A DNA stretch of 43,018 nt. Origin: Pontiella sp. GTDB taxonomy: Bacteria > Verrucomicrobiota > Kiritimatiellia > Kiritimatiellales > Pontiellaceae. The notes under the pieces were generated by a model, which was given only the letters and a program-made list of their open reading frames with translations, was not told where the DNA came from and did no database searches. Numbering within the stretch: the stretch's first letter is position 1; each line of letters opens with the position of its first letter. Location of the stretch: NCBI GenBank assembly GCA_041592955.1, contig JBFHPA010000001.1:1-43018 (forward strand). The letters are read 5' to 3'. A program made the translations under genes and the position numbers. Positions 8,691 through 20,827 of the stretch are shown piece after piece.

Positions 8691-9344
8691 ATGGAAGACA
8701 TAAAACTGATTGCAAAGAAAAGAGACCTCGCAGGAACCAGCAACGTGCGCCGCATGCGCAAGGACGGATTGCTGCCGGCCGTGATTTACGGCTCTGACAA
8801 GGAGCCGGTATCCATCCAGATCAACGCGCATGATTTCGAGCAGATCCTGCATCATTCCGCGAGTGAAAGCATTATTGTTGGCGTTAATCTCGAGGGTGAG
8901 GGCACGATTTCCACGCTGGTGAAGGACGTGCAGCACCACCCCGTTACCAGTGACCTGATGCACGTTGATCTGTTGCGCATTGCGGCGAACAAGCCGATTG
9001 CCGTAGAAATACCGATCGTGCTTGTCGGCGAAGCGGCGGGTGTCAAGGCCGGCGGGCTCATCGACCACGTCATGCACGCGATCGATGTCGAATGTCTGCC
9101 GGGCGATATGGTGGAATCCTTTGAAATCGACGTTTCCGAACTCGAAATCGGGGATTCGCTGAATGTTGCCGACCTGAAGCTGAGCAGCAAGTTCAAGCTG
9201 CTGGTGGATGAGGAGTCGATTGTTACTTCCGTTGCGGCACCGCGTGTCGAGGAAGAGGTCGAAGAAGAAGAGCTGGAGGAAGGCGCCGAAGCCGGAGCCG
9301 AGCCGGAAGTGATCACCGAGAAGAAGGTCGAAGACGCCGAGTAG
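8691..9344 (+). CDS. rplY: 50S ribosomal protein L25/Ctc
   Basis: PAVIYG, KDVQHHPV, HVDL and GVKAGG motifs; acidic tail; prs-rplY-pth synteny. Confidence 0.96.
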   Translation: MEDIKLIAKKRDLAGTSNVRRMRKDGLLPAVIYGSDKEPVSIQINAHDFEQILHHSASESIIVGVNLEGEGTISTLVKDVQHHPVTSDLMHVDLLRIAANKPIAVEIPIVLVGEAAGVKAGGLIDHVMHAIDVECLPGDMVESFEIDVSELEIGDSLNVADLKLSSKFKLLVDEESIVTSVAAPRVEEEVEEEELEEGAEAGAEPEVITEKKVEDAE

Positions 9345-9368
9345 TCTTGCCTTCCCAGTTCCGGGAGA

Positions 9369-9950
9369 ATGGTTTTGAAGCTGGTCATTGGACTGGGGAA
9401 TCCCGGAAAGGAACACGAGCACACCCGCCACAATATTGGATACATGGTGGTGGAGGAGCTTGCGCGCAGGCAAGGCGCCGAGTTCAGGAAGATGTTCTGG
9501 TTTCCCGCCCGGCAGGCCCAATGCCGGATCGGGGAGCACGAGGTGCGGCTGATTGAGCCGACCACTTTCATGAACCGCAGCGGTAAAGCGGTTTGGGGCG
9601 CGATGAAGAAATGGCGCGTCGGCCCCGAGTCGACCGTGGTGGTCTACGACGATGTGGATCTTGAGCTGGGGGGCGTCCGCGTCCGGGCGAAGGGATCAGG
9701 CGGAAGCCATAACGGCATGAAGTCGGTGCTGGAATGGCTGCAGACGAATGCCTTTCCGCGGGTGCGGGTGGGCATCGGTCCGAAGCCGGAGCATGAGGAT
9801 ATGATCGGGTTTGTACTGGGCCCGTTCAGCCAGGAAGAGCATTTGAAGCTGGAAAAGGTTGTCGAACGCGCCGCCGATGCGGTAGAAAGCATCTTTTCCA
9901 TTGGAACCGAACGAACCATGAACGAGTTCAATCGGTTGCAGACAGGATAA
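9369..9950 (+). CDS. pth: Peptidyl-tRNA hydrolase (start may be TTG 9375)
   Basis: GLGNPG, TRHNIG, PTTFMNRSG and GGSHNG motifs. Confidence 0.96.
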   Translation: MVLKLVIGLGNPGKEHEHTRHNIGYMVVEELARRQGAEFRKMFWFPARQAQCRIGEHEVRLIEPTTFMNRSGKAVWGAMKKWRVGPESTVVVYDDVDLELGGVRVRAKGSGGSHNGMKSVLEWLQTNAFPRVRVGIGPKPEHEDMIGFVLGPFSQEEHLKLEKVVERAADAVESIFSIGTERTMNEFNRLQTG

Positions 9951-9966
9951 GCCAAGGAGAAATACA

Positions 9967-10278
9967 TTGAATACACTGTACGAAGGATTGTTCATCTTTC
10001 CCGAGCTGCTGGACGAGGAAGGTCTCGACCAGGCACTTGCCCGCGTGAAGGAAGAACTCGAAAAGCTGGGGGGCTCTGTTGAAAGCACCACCCGCATGGG
10101 AAAAAAGACCTTTGCCCGTCCGCTCAAGAAGCAGAAGGCCGGTCTGTATGTTGTGATGATGTTTAAAATTGATGGTTTGCAGCTCGACGCGTTCAAAGCC
10201 CGTCTGAAGCTGTCCACCGATGTTTTCCGTCATCAGTTTGTTGAATCCAGTGGAGTGGAAGTCGGGCAGGAGGCTTAA
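9967..10278 (+). CDS. rpsF: 30S ribosomal protein S6
   Basis: YEGLFIFP and MGKKTFARPLKK; AAGGAG RBS with TTG start; rpsF-ssb-rpsR-rplI synteny. Confidence 0.93.
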   Translation: MNTLYEGLFIFPELLDEEGLDQALARVKEELEKLGGSVESTTRMGKKTFARPLKKQKAGLYVVMMFKIDGLQLDAFKARLKLSTDVFRHQFVESSGVEVGQEA

Positions 10279-10280
10279 TC

Positions 10281-10709
10281 ATGGCCAGCTATAACCGGGT
10301 CCTGTTGATGGGTAATCTGACGCGTAATCCGGAAATCCGGTATACGCCGTCCGGAACGGCCGTGGCTGATTTGGGATTGGCCATCAACGAGAACTTCAAA
10401 AACAAGGCGGGCGAAACGGTTGAACAGACCTGCTTTGTGGATGTTGTGGTGTGGGGGCGTCAGGCGGAAACATCCGCCGAATACCTGCACAAGGGATCTC
10501 CGGTTTTTGTGGAAGGCCGACTGCAGCTCGATCAATGGGAAAGCCAGCAGGGCGAGAAGCGCAGCAAGTTGCGTGTGCGGGCCGACCGCGTCCAGTTTCT
10601 GGGCGCTCCGGCCAAGGGAACCGAGTATTCAGCGGCTCCTGCCTCGTCCGCCCCGGAATCGGAAAGTCCGGCGCCGCCGGCTGAAGATGACGATGATGTA
10701 CCGTTTTAG
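10281..10709 (+). CDS. ssb: Single-stranded DNA-binding protein
   Basis: NRVLLMGNLTRNPE, VFVEGRL and C-terminal DDDVPF. Confidence 0.97.
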   Translation: MASYNRVLLMGNLTRNPEIRYTPSGTAVADLGLAINENFKNKAGETVEQTCFVDVVVWGRQAETSAEYLHKGSPVFVEGRLQLDQWESQQGEKRSKLRVRADRVQFLGAPAKGTEYSAAPASSAPESESPAPPAEDDDDVPF

Positions 10710-10718
10710 AGAAAGGAT

Positions 10719-10943
10719 ATGAAGATGATGCGTCGCAGTAGAGATAAAGATGATTACAAGCGCGATCCGGAACTCCTGCGTGGAGTGACCTCGATCGATT
10801 ATAAAGATGCCGAGCTTCTCAAGAAGTTCATGACCGACCGCGGCAAGATTTTGCCCGGCCGCATTACGGGCGCCAACGCCCAGCAGCAGCGCCAGATTAA
10901 AAAAGCCATCCGCCGTGCACGTGTGATGGGTCTGGTCCGCTAA
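10719..10943 (+). CDS. rpsR: 30S ribosomal protein S18
   Basis: [16 protein letters not shown] and [10 protein letters not shown] motifs. Confidence 0.96.
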   Translation: MKMMRRSRDKDDYKRDPELLRGVTSIDYKDAELLKKFMTDRGKILPGRITGANAQQQRQIKKAIRRARVMGLVR

Positions 10944-10959
10944 GGAAAAGGAGTCCCAA

Positions 10960-11412
10960 ATGGCTGTTGAAGTTTTATTGATGGACCAGGTCGAAGGCCT
11001 GGGTATTGAAGGCGATATCGTGAAGGTGGCCGACGGCTATGCCCGCAACTATCTCTTCCCGAAGGGCTATGCCACGGAAGTGACCGAAGGCAAGAAGCGC
11101 CAGATCGAGAAGAAGCGCACGGAACGCCTCGCCACGCTGGAAAAGGAAAAGGCTGCCGCCGAGGAACTGGTCAAGAAAATCGAAGGGATCGAATGCACCA
11201 TCGCCGCTAAAGTCGGTGAAACCGGAACGATGTTTGGTTCCGTCGGCATTCCGCAGATCCTCGAAAAACTGGCTGAACAGGATCTTGTCATCGACCGCAC
11301 CAAAGTGGTCCTGCCGGCTCCATTGCATGAGCTGGGTGTTTTTGATGTCACTATCAAACTGCACCCCGAAGTCACCTGCACACTCAAGGTTTGGATCGTA
11401 GAAGATAAATGA
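10960..11412 (+). CDS. rplI: 50S ribosomal protein L9
   Basis: GDIVKVADGYARNYLFP, MFGSV and KLHPEV motifs. Confidence 0.97.
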   Translation: MAVEVLLMDQVEGLGIEGDIVKVADGYARNYLFPKGYATEVTEGKKRQIEKKRTERLATLEKEKAAAEELVKKIEGIECTIAAKVGETGTMFGSVGIPQILEKLAEQDLVIDRTKVVLPAPLHELGVFDVTIKLHPEVTCTLKVWIVEDK

Positions 11413-12797
11413 GCCCTGTGGATGCAGCTGGCCTGAGAATCCCCCCGTGCGCCGATGAGGCGGAGCGGGGGGTTTTAGGTTCCATTCTGCTCGATCCTGC
11501 CGGAGCCATCGATAAATGCCTTGCCAAGCGCATGAGCAGTGGCGCGTTTTACGACCGCCGCCACCAGACGCTTTTCGAGCATGTGGTGGACATGACCCAG
11601 GCCAATGTGCCCATGGATGCCATCACCATTGCCCAATGGCTGAAGGATCGCAACGTACTGGAAAAAGTCGGCGGCTACGACTATCTCGTCGAGCTGCAGG
11701 ACAGCACGCTGGTTGACGCGCATGTCGAGTATTACTGCGACATCGTCATGGAAAAACATCTCTATCGGCGGCTGATCGAGATTTCATCCGAAAACATCGA
11801 TGCGGCCTACCAAGGGGTGGAAGATGTGGCGTTGCTGCTCAGTCAGGCCGAGGAATCGCTCTTTAAGCTTTCCGAGCACGGTTCCGAAGATATTCCCGAG
11901 TGGAAAGATTCGATCAAGGCCGCATTCACCGACATCGAAAACACCGACCCCAACCAGTTGCTGACGGGCGTCACCACCGGCTACATGGGGCTGAACGAAC
12001 GCCTGGGCGGCCTGCATAAAACCGACATGATCGTGCTGGCCGCACGCCCGGCCATGGGTAAGACCTCGCTGGCGCTCAATATTGCTGAAAACGCGGCGCT
12101 GGGGCATCTCGCCGAAAAGGGCGTTCCGGTCGGAGTGTTCAGCCTTGAAATGTCGCGCGAGCAACTGGTCAAGCGCATGCTCTTCAGCAATGCGCGTATT
12201 CCCGCCCATCGCATCAAAGGGCGCAAGCTCACGCCCAGCGAACATGCCCAGCTGACGGCCTCTGTTGACCGTCTTTCCAAGGCCAAGCTTTACATTGACG
12301 ACACGCCGGGACTTGAAGCGGTCGAACTGCGTTCGCGCGCACGCCGGATGAAGCGGCGCTATGGCATTGAGCTGATCGTCATCGACTATCTGCAGCTGAT
12401 GAACTATTCCAAGTTTTCCCGCGATGGTCGTCAGCGCGAAACCATGGCCATTTCCGGCGCAGTCAAGGCCATGGCGAAAGAGCTGAACGTGCCGGTCATC
12501 GTACTCAGCCAGCTGAGCCGTGCCACCGAACAGCGTGGCGGAGACAACCGGCCCAAGCTTTCCGACCTTCGCGATTCCGGAGCCATCGAACAGGATGCCG
12601 ACGTCGTGCTGCTGCTGTACCGCGGCGGCTACTACAAGGAAGGCGATGAGCGCAATGACGATATTTCGGCCATCGTTGATGTGGCCAAGTACCGCCACGG
12701 CGCGGTCGGCGAAGTGAAAATGAATTTCATCAAGGAATACACCCGCTTTGAAGATCGCGACGAGCGCGAGGATGAATATACCCCCATCGACCATTGA
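11409..12797 (+). CDS. dnaB: Replicative DNA helicase
   Basis: AARPAMGKT, FSLEMS, IDYLQLM, LSQLSR and SDLRDSGAIEQDAD motifs; no intein. Confidence 0.97.
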   Translation: MSPVDAAGLRIPPCADEAERGVLGSILLDPAGAIDKCLAKRMSSGAFYDRRHQTLFEHVVDMTQANVPMDAITIAQWLKDRNVLEKVGGYDYLVELQDSTLVDAHVEYYCDIVMEKHLYRRLIEISSENIDAAYQGVEDVALLLSQAEESLFKLSEHGSEDIPEWKDSIKAAFTDIENTDPNQLLTGVTTGYMGLNERLGGLHKTDMIVLAARPAMGKTSLALNIAENAALGHLAEKGVPVGVFSLEMSREQLVKRMLFSNARIPAHRIKGRKLTPSEHAQLTASVDRLSKAKLYIDDTPGLEAVELRSRARRMKRRYGIELIVIDYLQLMNYSKFSRDGRQRETMAISGAVKAMAKELNVPVIVLSQLSRATEQRGGDNRPKLSDLRDSGAIEQDADVVLLLYRGGYYKEGDERNDDISAIVDVAKYRHGAVGEVKMNFIKEYTRFEDRDEREDEYTPIDH

Positions 12798-15139
12798 TGG
12801 CCCAACCCAAGTTGCTGTTTATGAACAAAGTCTCCATCCTTCTCATCGTTGCAATGGCCGTGCTGCCGTCGTGGGCGGAAACGATTAAGGACATTCGTAT
12901 CGTCAATCAGCTGGGGGATTCCTACGACATCAGCTCGGTCGCGGCCTTCACCTCGTTCTCAGTCGGTGAAGAGGTTCCGGATCGTGAAGTTATTATTTCA
13001 TCGATCGCCGTGGATGTGAACCGCATGCGAGAATCGGGTCGCTTCTCCTATGTGGATGCGCGCATGGAAATCGTTGATGACGGTGTGGTGCTCGTCTACA
13101 CCGTTGTGGCCAAGTACCGGCTCCGCCGCATCGAGATCATCGGCGGGCATAAGAGCGGCGAGAAGGTGCGCACAAAATCCGAACTTCTAATCGGCCAGTT
13201 TGTCGATGACGCCGCCTTCGAGCAGGCCGCAACGAAGATCCGCGATTATTACGCGGACTTCTGGTATCCCCAGGTTTCGGTCGAATGGACCTCGAAGGTG
13301 AACGAAGAGCTCGGCACCGTGGATGTGACCTTCCGCATTGATGAAGGCCGCAAGCTGGGCATCAAAAACATTGCGTTCGAAGGAAACGATCTGATTGATG
13401 ACGGCAAGCTGAAAAAAGTGATCCAGCAAAAGCAGAAGCGGTGGCACTCCTTTATCTCAGGTTCAGGAAAGTATAAGGAGGAAGTGGCCGACGCGGACGT
13501 ATTTGCCATTAAGTCGTTCTATATGAACAATGGTTTTCTGGATATCCAGGTATCCGATCCGGTGCTCGACGATGCCCGTCCGAAAAGAGCAAAGCTGACG
13601 TACACCATCAGCGAGGGGCAGCGCTACCGCATCGGCGATGTCTCGTTGTCGGGGGTAAAGGAATTTGATCCGGTTCAGCTGCGGCAGGTGATCCGGCTCC
13701 GGCGGGGCGACATCGCCTCTTATTCGAATATTGAAGCGAGCAGCGAGAGCATCCGCGCCTATTACGGCAACCGCGGCTATGTTCGAACCATCGTCCGTCC
13801 GATCTACGACGCCAATGCCGATACCGGCGTGGTCGATGTCGATTACGAGGTTGTGGAAGGAACAATTGGATACATCGGCAGCATAAACATCAGCGGCAAC
13901 GAACGCACGCTCGACAAGGTGATCCGCCGCGAGATGATCGTGTATCCCGGAGAACGTTTCAACCGCAGCCAGCTCAAAGCCTCCGAAAACATTCTGCGCA
14001 ATCTGAACTTTTTCGAATACGTAATCATGAATCCTGTGCCGGTCAATGGATCCGACACCTATGACATCGACGTGCAGGTCAAGGAGAAGCCGACCGGGCA
14101 GTTTTCCGCAGGGGTTGGTTTTTCCAGTGTGGATTCCCTGGTCAGCTACATTGAGCTGTCGCAGGGAAACTTTAACTGGAAAACATGGCCGCCGATCGGG
14201 GCGGGGCAGAAGTTCAAGGTGCGTGCCCAGCTCGGCACGCAGCGCAACGACCTCGATATCTCTTTTGTCGAGCCATGGTTTCTGCGGCGCAAGCTCTCTT
14301 TCGGCGCGGACCTGTTTCATCGTGAAGCGCGCTATTTTTCCGATGCGTATGAACAGAGAACCGAAGGCGGACGGCTTTCGCTCGGCAAACCCTTTTCCCC
14401 GTTCACCCGCGGTAACCTCGCCTATTCACTGGAGCAGTTCGATGTGTACGATGTAGCAGACTCCGCTTCAGCGGCGATCAGGAATGAAGAGGGGCAACGC
14501 CTGAAGAGCAGTCTGAACTTTACATGGACATTTGACTCGCGCGATCGTTTCTTTAATTCCACGAGCGGCAATAAAACCACCATTACCCCTTATGTAGCGG
14601 GCGGGCCGATGGCCGGCGAAACGGACATCTTTGGAGCGCGCATACGATCGACCCACTATTGGCCCCTGATCGGGGGTATGATTTTCAATGTCCGTGGACA
14701 GCTTGAAGCCGTTGAAGCCTATGGCGACAGCAAGGATGCCGCCCGAGCCGATCCGTCTTCGATAGGAAACGGGGTGCCCATCTTCGACCGACTTTTCATT
14801 GGCGGCTCCTATACTTTGCGCGGATTCGAATACCGGGATGTGGGTCCCAAGGACGTAACCGGAACCGCTATTGGGGGCAACAGCTCCGCCTATGCAACGG
14901 CCGAGCTGACCTGCCCGCTATGGAGCCAGATTCGCGGTGCGGTCTTCTACGACTGGGGCTTTGCGAATGAAGGCTCGTGGGACTTCAATCCCTCCGCATA
15001 CAGCGATAACTGGGGCATCGGTCTGCGGCTCAATCTGCCCGGTTTCCCGTTGAGCCTGGATTATGCGTGGCCTATGAACTACGATGAATTCCAGAATGGC
15101 AAAGGCCGCTTCAACTTCCTGATCGGGCACAGTTTTTAG
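12794..15139 (+). CDS. bamA: Outer membrane protein assembly factor BamA (start may be ATG 12821)
   Basis: Signal peptide, POTRA repeats (GNERTLDKVIRRE), KEKPTG, LRGFEYRDVGP, C-terminal Phe. Confidence 0.93.
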   Translation: MMAQPKLLFMNKVSILLIVAMAVLPSWAETIKDIRIVNQLGDSYDISSVAAFTSFSVGEEVPDREVIISSIAVDVNRMRESGRFSYVDARMEIVDDGVVLVYTVVAKYRLRRIEIIGGHKSGEKVRTKSELLIGQFVDDAAFEQAATKIRDYYADFWYPQVSVEWTSKVNEELGTVDVTFRIDEGRKLGIKNIAFEGNDLIDDGKLKKVIQQKQKRWHSFISGSGKYKEEVADADVFAIKSFYMNNGFLDIQVSDPVLDDARPKRAKLTYTISEGQRYRIGDVSLSGVKEFDPVQLRQVIRLRRGDIASYSNIEASSESIRAYYGNRGYVRTIVRPIYDANADTGVVDVDYEVVEGTIGYIGSINISGNERTLDKVIRREMIVYPGERFNRSQLKASENILRNLNFFEYVIMNPVPVNGSDTYDIDVQVKEKPTGQFSAGVGFSSVDSLVSYIELSQGNFNWKTWPPIGAGQKFKVRAQLGTQRNDLDISFVEPWFLRRKLSFGADLFHREARYFSDAYEQRTEGGRLSLGKPFSPFTRGNLAYSLEQFDVYDVADSASAAIRNEEGQRLKSSLNFTWTFDSRDRFFNSTSGNKTTITPYVAGGPMAGETDIFGARIRSTHYWPLIGGMIFNVRGQLEAVEAYGDSKDAARADPSSIGNGVPIFDRLFIGGSYTLRGFEYRDVGPKDVTGTAIGGNSSAYATAELTCPLWSQIRGAVFYDWGFANEGSWDFNPSAYSDNWGIGLRLNLPGFPLSLDYAWPMNYDEFQNGKGRFNFLIGHSF

Positions 15140-15143
15140 AAGA

Positions 15144-15232
15144 GTGCTAAGTTTTAAGCGTTAGGTTTTAAGCAGGCATACCTCATGATTCCAGCGCCCA
15201 GCGCCCAGCGCCCAGCGCCCAGTGCCCAGTGC
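15144..15232. repeat. Two heptamer arrays between convergent bamA and the YhcH-family gene
   Basis: gtgctaa gttttaa gcgttag gttttaa (15144-15171); ccagcgc x4 then ccagtgc x2 (15191-15232). Confidence 0.85.
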
Positions 15233-15238
15233 CTATTT

Positions 15239-15685
15239 TCACCCCACCGCGACCTTCACCACAACCTTATGGATCGGCCCATTTCCAATCAGCGGAAGAT
15301 GCGCGTCAGTCGGCATGAATATCACAAACGAGTCTGGCGGTACGCGTACAATGCTTTCCGGGGTACCCTCAAAAAACTCAAGGTCCTTTTCGGCATCGTA
15401 GTCGACCGAATTTTTTAATCCTTCGCGCGGGCTCCATCCCATCGACTCATCGCCGCTGATCACATACTGGACATCAATATACTTCCGATGGCCTTCCAGT
15501 TGGGCATCTTCAACCCGTCGGCCCTGTTCATGACCGACGATGGCATAAATCCGGTGGTCGGCGATCTCATATTGCCCATCCTCCAAATCCGCCAGTCCCG
15601 GTTGATCAAGAAACCCAAACGCATCCGACAGGCTGGAATTCAGGCCTATGTATTTTGCAGCATTCCGTAGTGTGTCCAGTATCAC
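15239..15685 (-). CDS. YhcH/YjgK/YiaL family protein
   Basis: EGHRKYIDVQY, FMPTDAHLP and KVVVKV motifs; start moved to GTG 15685 after an AAAGGAG RBS. Confidence 0.9.
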   Translation of the reverse strand: MILDTLRNAAKYIGLNSSLSDAFGFLDQPGLADLEDGQYEIADHRIYAIVGHEQGRRVEDAQLEGHRKYIDVQYVISGDESMGWSPREGLKNSVDYDAEKDLEFFEGTPESIVRVPPDSFVIFMPTDAHLPLIGNGPIHKVVVKVAVG

Positions 15686-15701
15686 GCGCTTTCTCCTTTT
15701 C

Positions 15702-17789
<2,088 letters not shown>

Positions 17790-17795
17790 TCATGC

Positions 17796-19172
17796 CTATG
17801 GCCTCGACTTTTTGTAGGCAGCCTCTTCCCGTATTTTCTGTTGTTCCATTTCGGGGGTCCATCCGGATTTAAATGCGGGTTCGGGGGTGACGGCTTCCCA
17901 CTTCAGATAGGTTGCCCGCAGTTTTTCCGCCACCTCGGGATACTGTTCGATCAGGTTATTCTTTTCCCCGATGTCGTCGTGCAGATTGTATAGACTGAGC
18001 TCGTTGCGAGTCCGGTTCTCGATCCACTTAAACGGGCCGGACCGCAGGGCCAGATCCGTCATATGGTCGCGCCGCCAGAAGAACGTGCGTTCCTCAAGGC
18101 TCTTTCCTTTCTCCGTCAGATAGGGCAGCAGATTGGTGCCGAATGCTTTTTCAACGGGCGGTACTCCGGCCGCAGCGGCGAAGGTGGGCAGCAGGTCCAG
18201 GCTGATCACCTGATCGTCGCGCACCTGTCCGGCAGGAATGCGTGCGGGCCACTGCATCAGGAACGGCACACGCATGCCGCCTTCCCAAACCGATCCCTTA
18301 CGATCCCGCAACGGGCCATTGTCGGAACCGTTTTTGAAGGTCGGTCCGCCGTTGTCGCTCAGAAAAACCACGAGGGTGTTTTCTTTCAGCCCTTGTTTTT
18401 CCAGGCATTGGAGCACGCGGCCGACGCCTTCATCGAGCGAGACCGTCATGGCGGCATATTTACGGCGCAACGGATTTTTGATATGGGCGAATGGCTCCTG
18501 AGAACCCGGCTTAACGTGCATGGGAGCGTGGGGCGCGGTGTAGGACAAAAACATGAAAAACGGCTGCTCCGGGAGGGCGGCCGTGTGCGTTTCGATCAGA
18601 TCGATCGCCTGATCGGTCAGATAGTCGGTCAGGTAGCCTTCAAACTTGACCGGCGTTCCGTTGATTTCGATCGCTTTGCTGCTTCCCGGCGCATCACTGT
18701 CCTTCTCTTCGTAGAAATAGCTGCGGGAACCGGCGCGCAATCCACAGAAATAGTCGAAGCCGCGGTTGGTGGGGTAAAAGCGTTCCGCTTCTCCCAGATG
18801 CCATTTGCCGATGCAGGAGGTGGCATAGCCCGCGCGCTTGAGCATGCCGGCCATGGTTTCGAGTTTGGGGTCGAGTCCGATTTCCGGATCGCCGGGCAGG
18901 TTAGCCTCGAAGCCGATATCGATGCGGCCGCTCAACAGACCGGCGCGTGAGGGGGCACAGACGGAGTTGCTGACATAGCCCTGTTTAAAGCGCACGCCGC
19001 CTTTTGCGATTGCATCGATGTGCGGGGTTTGAAACTGCGTGCAGCCCTGAACACTCAGATCTGCGTAGCCCATGTCGTCGGCCAGAATCAGCAGAATGTT
19101 GGGGCGGGCTGTTTTCCCAATGGCTGGAAGGACCAGCAGCAAGGCCAGCATAATAGGTAGCGTTTTTTTCAT
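17796..19172 (-). CDS. Secreted S1 (formylglycine) sulfatase, arylsulfatase A-like
   Basis: Signal peptide from ATG 19172 (GGAG RBS); PNILLILADD, CAPSRAG, GKWHLG and SDNGG motifs. Confidence 0.94.
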   Translation of the reverse strand: MKKTLPIMLALLLVLPAIGKTARPNILLILADDMGYADLSVQGCTQFQTPHIDAIAKGGVRFKQGYVSNSVCAPSRAGLLSGRIDIGFEANLPGDPEIGLDPKLETMAGMLKRAGYATSCIGKWHLGEAERFYPTNRGFDYFCGLRAGSRSYFYEEKDSDAPGSSKAIEINGTPVKFEGYLTDYLTDQAIDLIETHTAALPEQPFFMFLSYTAPHAPMHVKPGSQEPFAHIKNPLRRKYAAMTVSLDEGVGRVLQCLEKQGLKENTLVVFLSDNGGPTFKNGSDNGPLRDRKGSVWEGGMRVPFLMQWPARIPAGQVRDDQVISLDLLPTFAAAAGVPPVEKAFGTNLLPYLTEKGKSLEERTFFWRRDHMTDLALRSGPFKWIENRTRNELSLYNLHDDIGEKNNLIEQYPEVAEKLRATYLKWEAVTPEPAFKSGWTPEMEQQKIREEAAYKKSRP

Positions 19173-19174
19173 GA

Positions 19175-20827
19175 TTAAATCTCCAGTCCGGTCTGTTTCT
19201 TGAGTTGTTTGTAGAGCATTTGCTTCTGTTGCGCGAATTCTGGATTTTCGGCGAGGTTGGTCCATTCGTACGGATCGTTTTCGTGGTCGTAGAGCTCTTC
19301 CATTCCGTTGTTGTAGCGAATGTAGCGCCAGCGCTGGGTGCGCAGGGACCAGTGCTGTCTGAGCGGATTGTTGTAGTCTTCGTCCGGCAGATCCACTTTG
19401 GCATTTTCATCGGCGTTGAGCATGATCAGGGCGCCTTCGGGGCCGTCCCACGTTTCAGCCTTGGGATTTTCCAGAAACGGCCGGACGCTGAACCCGTCGA
19501 GCTTGGCCCCCTTGTTGTTTTTGCGGGTATCGCCCTTGAGTCCGCAGAGGTCGACGAGGGTGGGGTAGAGATCGATCAGTGAGATCGGATGCTCGGCGAC
19601 GCCGCCGGGTTGGGTCACGCCGGGGGCGCGCACGATGAAAGGAACGCGCGTGCTTTCTTCCCAAAGCGCATTTTTAAACAGGAAGTCCTTCTGTCCCATG
19701 TTCCACCCATGATCGCTGACCAGTACAATGATGGTGTTGTCCTTCAGCGGGCTGTTGTCGACGGCATCAACGACTTTTCCGATGCAGTCGTCGGCGGCGG
19801 AAACGCTGGCAAGGTAGGCCTGCGTGAACGCGCGGATCCCCGCGTCTTGATCGGGATAAGATGCTTTGAGCAACCGGAAATATTTCAGGCCCTTCACATC
19901 GTCGTCGAACAGGTCGCGGTAGTGGGAGTCGTCGATATCGTTGGCTTTGATGACGGGAAGTTCGACGGAATCGAGCGGGAAAAGGTCGAAATATTTCTGG
20001 GGCACGTGCAGCGGCGTATGCGGGCGGATAAAGCCGACGGCCAGAAAGAAGGGTTGATCGCTGCCGTCTTCGGCAAACTGTTTGATCCGGGTTTCAGCCC
20101 ATACTGCATTACGTTCGTCCGGCGTGGGATCACGGTCGGTTTCGCTGACATAGCGCATGGGTTTGCTCTTCCAGTTTGCGGCATAGACCCATCCGCTCAA
20201 GGGATTGTCGTCGTCCGCATAGGGTACATCGTCCAGCGGGGCAAAGGATCCATCGACCGCTCCGATATCGCCGAAGGGTTTTGGAACAGAAGGGTGCGCG
20301 CCCGTCTTTTCACCGTCGTGGACAAACGGTCCATAGTCGGCCTGATACGCAAATTCGTTCCATAAGCCTTCCTTAAAATGGTGCATCAGCTTGCCGGAGC
20401 CGGCGGTCTGGTAACCGTTGTCGCGGAAATATTCCATGATGGTCTTGGAGTTATTCAGCACCGGATGATCAAACCATTTGTCCCAGAAAAGATTGCCCGA
20501 AGTATGCGGATAGATGCCGGTTAGGAAGCTGGAACGCGAGGGGGCGCAGACCGGGTTGTTGCTGTAGGCGCGGCGGAAGGCGACGCCGCTTTTTGCGAGC
20601 TTTTCCACATTCGGGGTTTTGGCTTGCGGGTGACCGGCCTGCCCGGGAATGCCGGTGATGTAGTCGTTAAGGTCGTCGCAGACGATGAGCACTACGTTGG
20701 GCTTCTTTGCCCATGTGGTTGTCGCAATACAGGTCAGTAAGACGAGAAGTACTTTTGCGTATTTATTTGTTTCTGCCACTAAGAGATCTTTTGAAAAATT
20801 TCCACTGACCTTTGACCGGAACTTCAT
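19175..20827 (-). CDS. Secreted S1 sulfatase, iduronate-2-/choline-sulfatase-like (start uncertain)
   Basis: PNVVLIVCDDLND, CAPSRSSFLTG, GFIRPHTP and SDHGW motifs. Confidence 0.93.
   Translation of the reverse strand: MKFRSKVSGNFSKDLLVAETNKYAKVLLVLLTCIATTTWAKKPNVVLIVCDDLNDYITGIPGQAGHPQAKTPNVEKLAKSGVAFRRAYSNNPVCAPSRSSFLTGIYPHTSGNLFWDKWFDHPVLNNSKTIMEYFRDNGYQTAGSGKLMHHFKEGLWNEFAYQADYGPFVHDGEKTGAHPSVPKPFGDIGAVDGSFAPLDDVPYADDDNPLSGWVYAANWKSKPMRYVSETDRDPTPDERNAVWAETRIKQFAEDGSDQPFFLAVGFIRPHTPLHVPQKYFDLFPLDSVELPVIKANDIDDSHYRDLFDDDVKGLKYFRLLKASYPDQDAGIRAFTQAYLASVSAADDCIGKVVDAVDNSPLKDNTIIVLVSDHGWNMGQKDFLFKNALWEESTRVPFIVRAPGVTQPGGVAEHPISLIDLYPTLVDLCGLKGDTRKNNKGAKLDGFSVRPFLENPKAETWDGPEGALIMLNADENAKVDLPDEDYNNPLRQHWSLRTQRWRYIRYNNGMEELYDHENDPYEWTNLAENPEFAQQKQMLYKQLKKQTGLEI

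Noticed and set aside
8208-9539. 443-aa minus-strand ORF and similar long antisense ORFs (e.g. 11784-12794, 16059-17132, 37495-38484)
   Set aside because: Shadow frames of well-supported genes in GC-rich DNA; no recognisable motifs.
6638-15232. Short repeat arrays as a CRISPR array
   Set aside because: Units are 7 nt and contiguous with no spacers; no cas genes.
15185-15418. 77-aa ORF with PAPSAQR repeats
   Set aside because: Translation of the ccagcgc array; overlaps the YhcH-family gene in antisense.
1-15685. Sialic-acid pathway linking the symporter and the YhcH-family gene
   Set aside because: The genes are ~14 kb apart, no nanA/nanE/nanK is present, and the symporter substrate cannot be read from the sequence.
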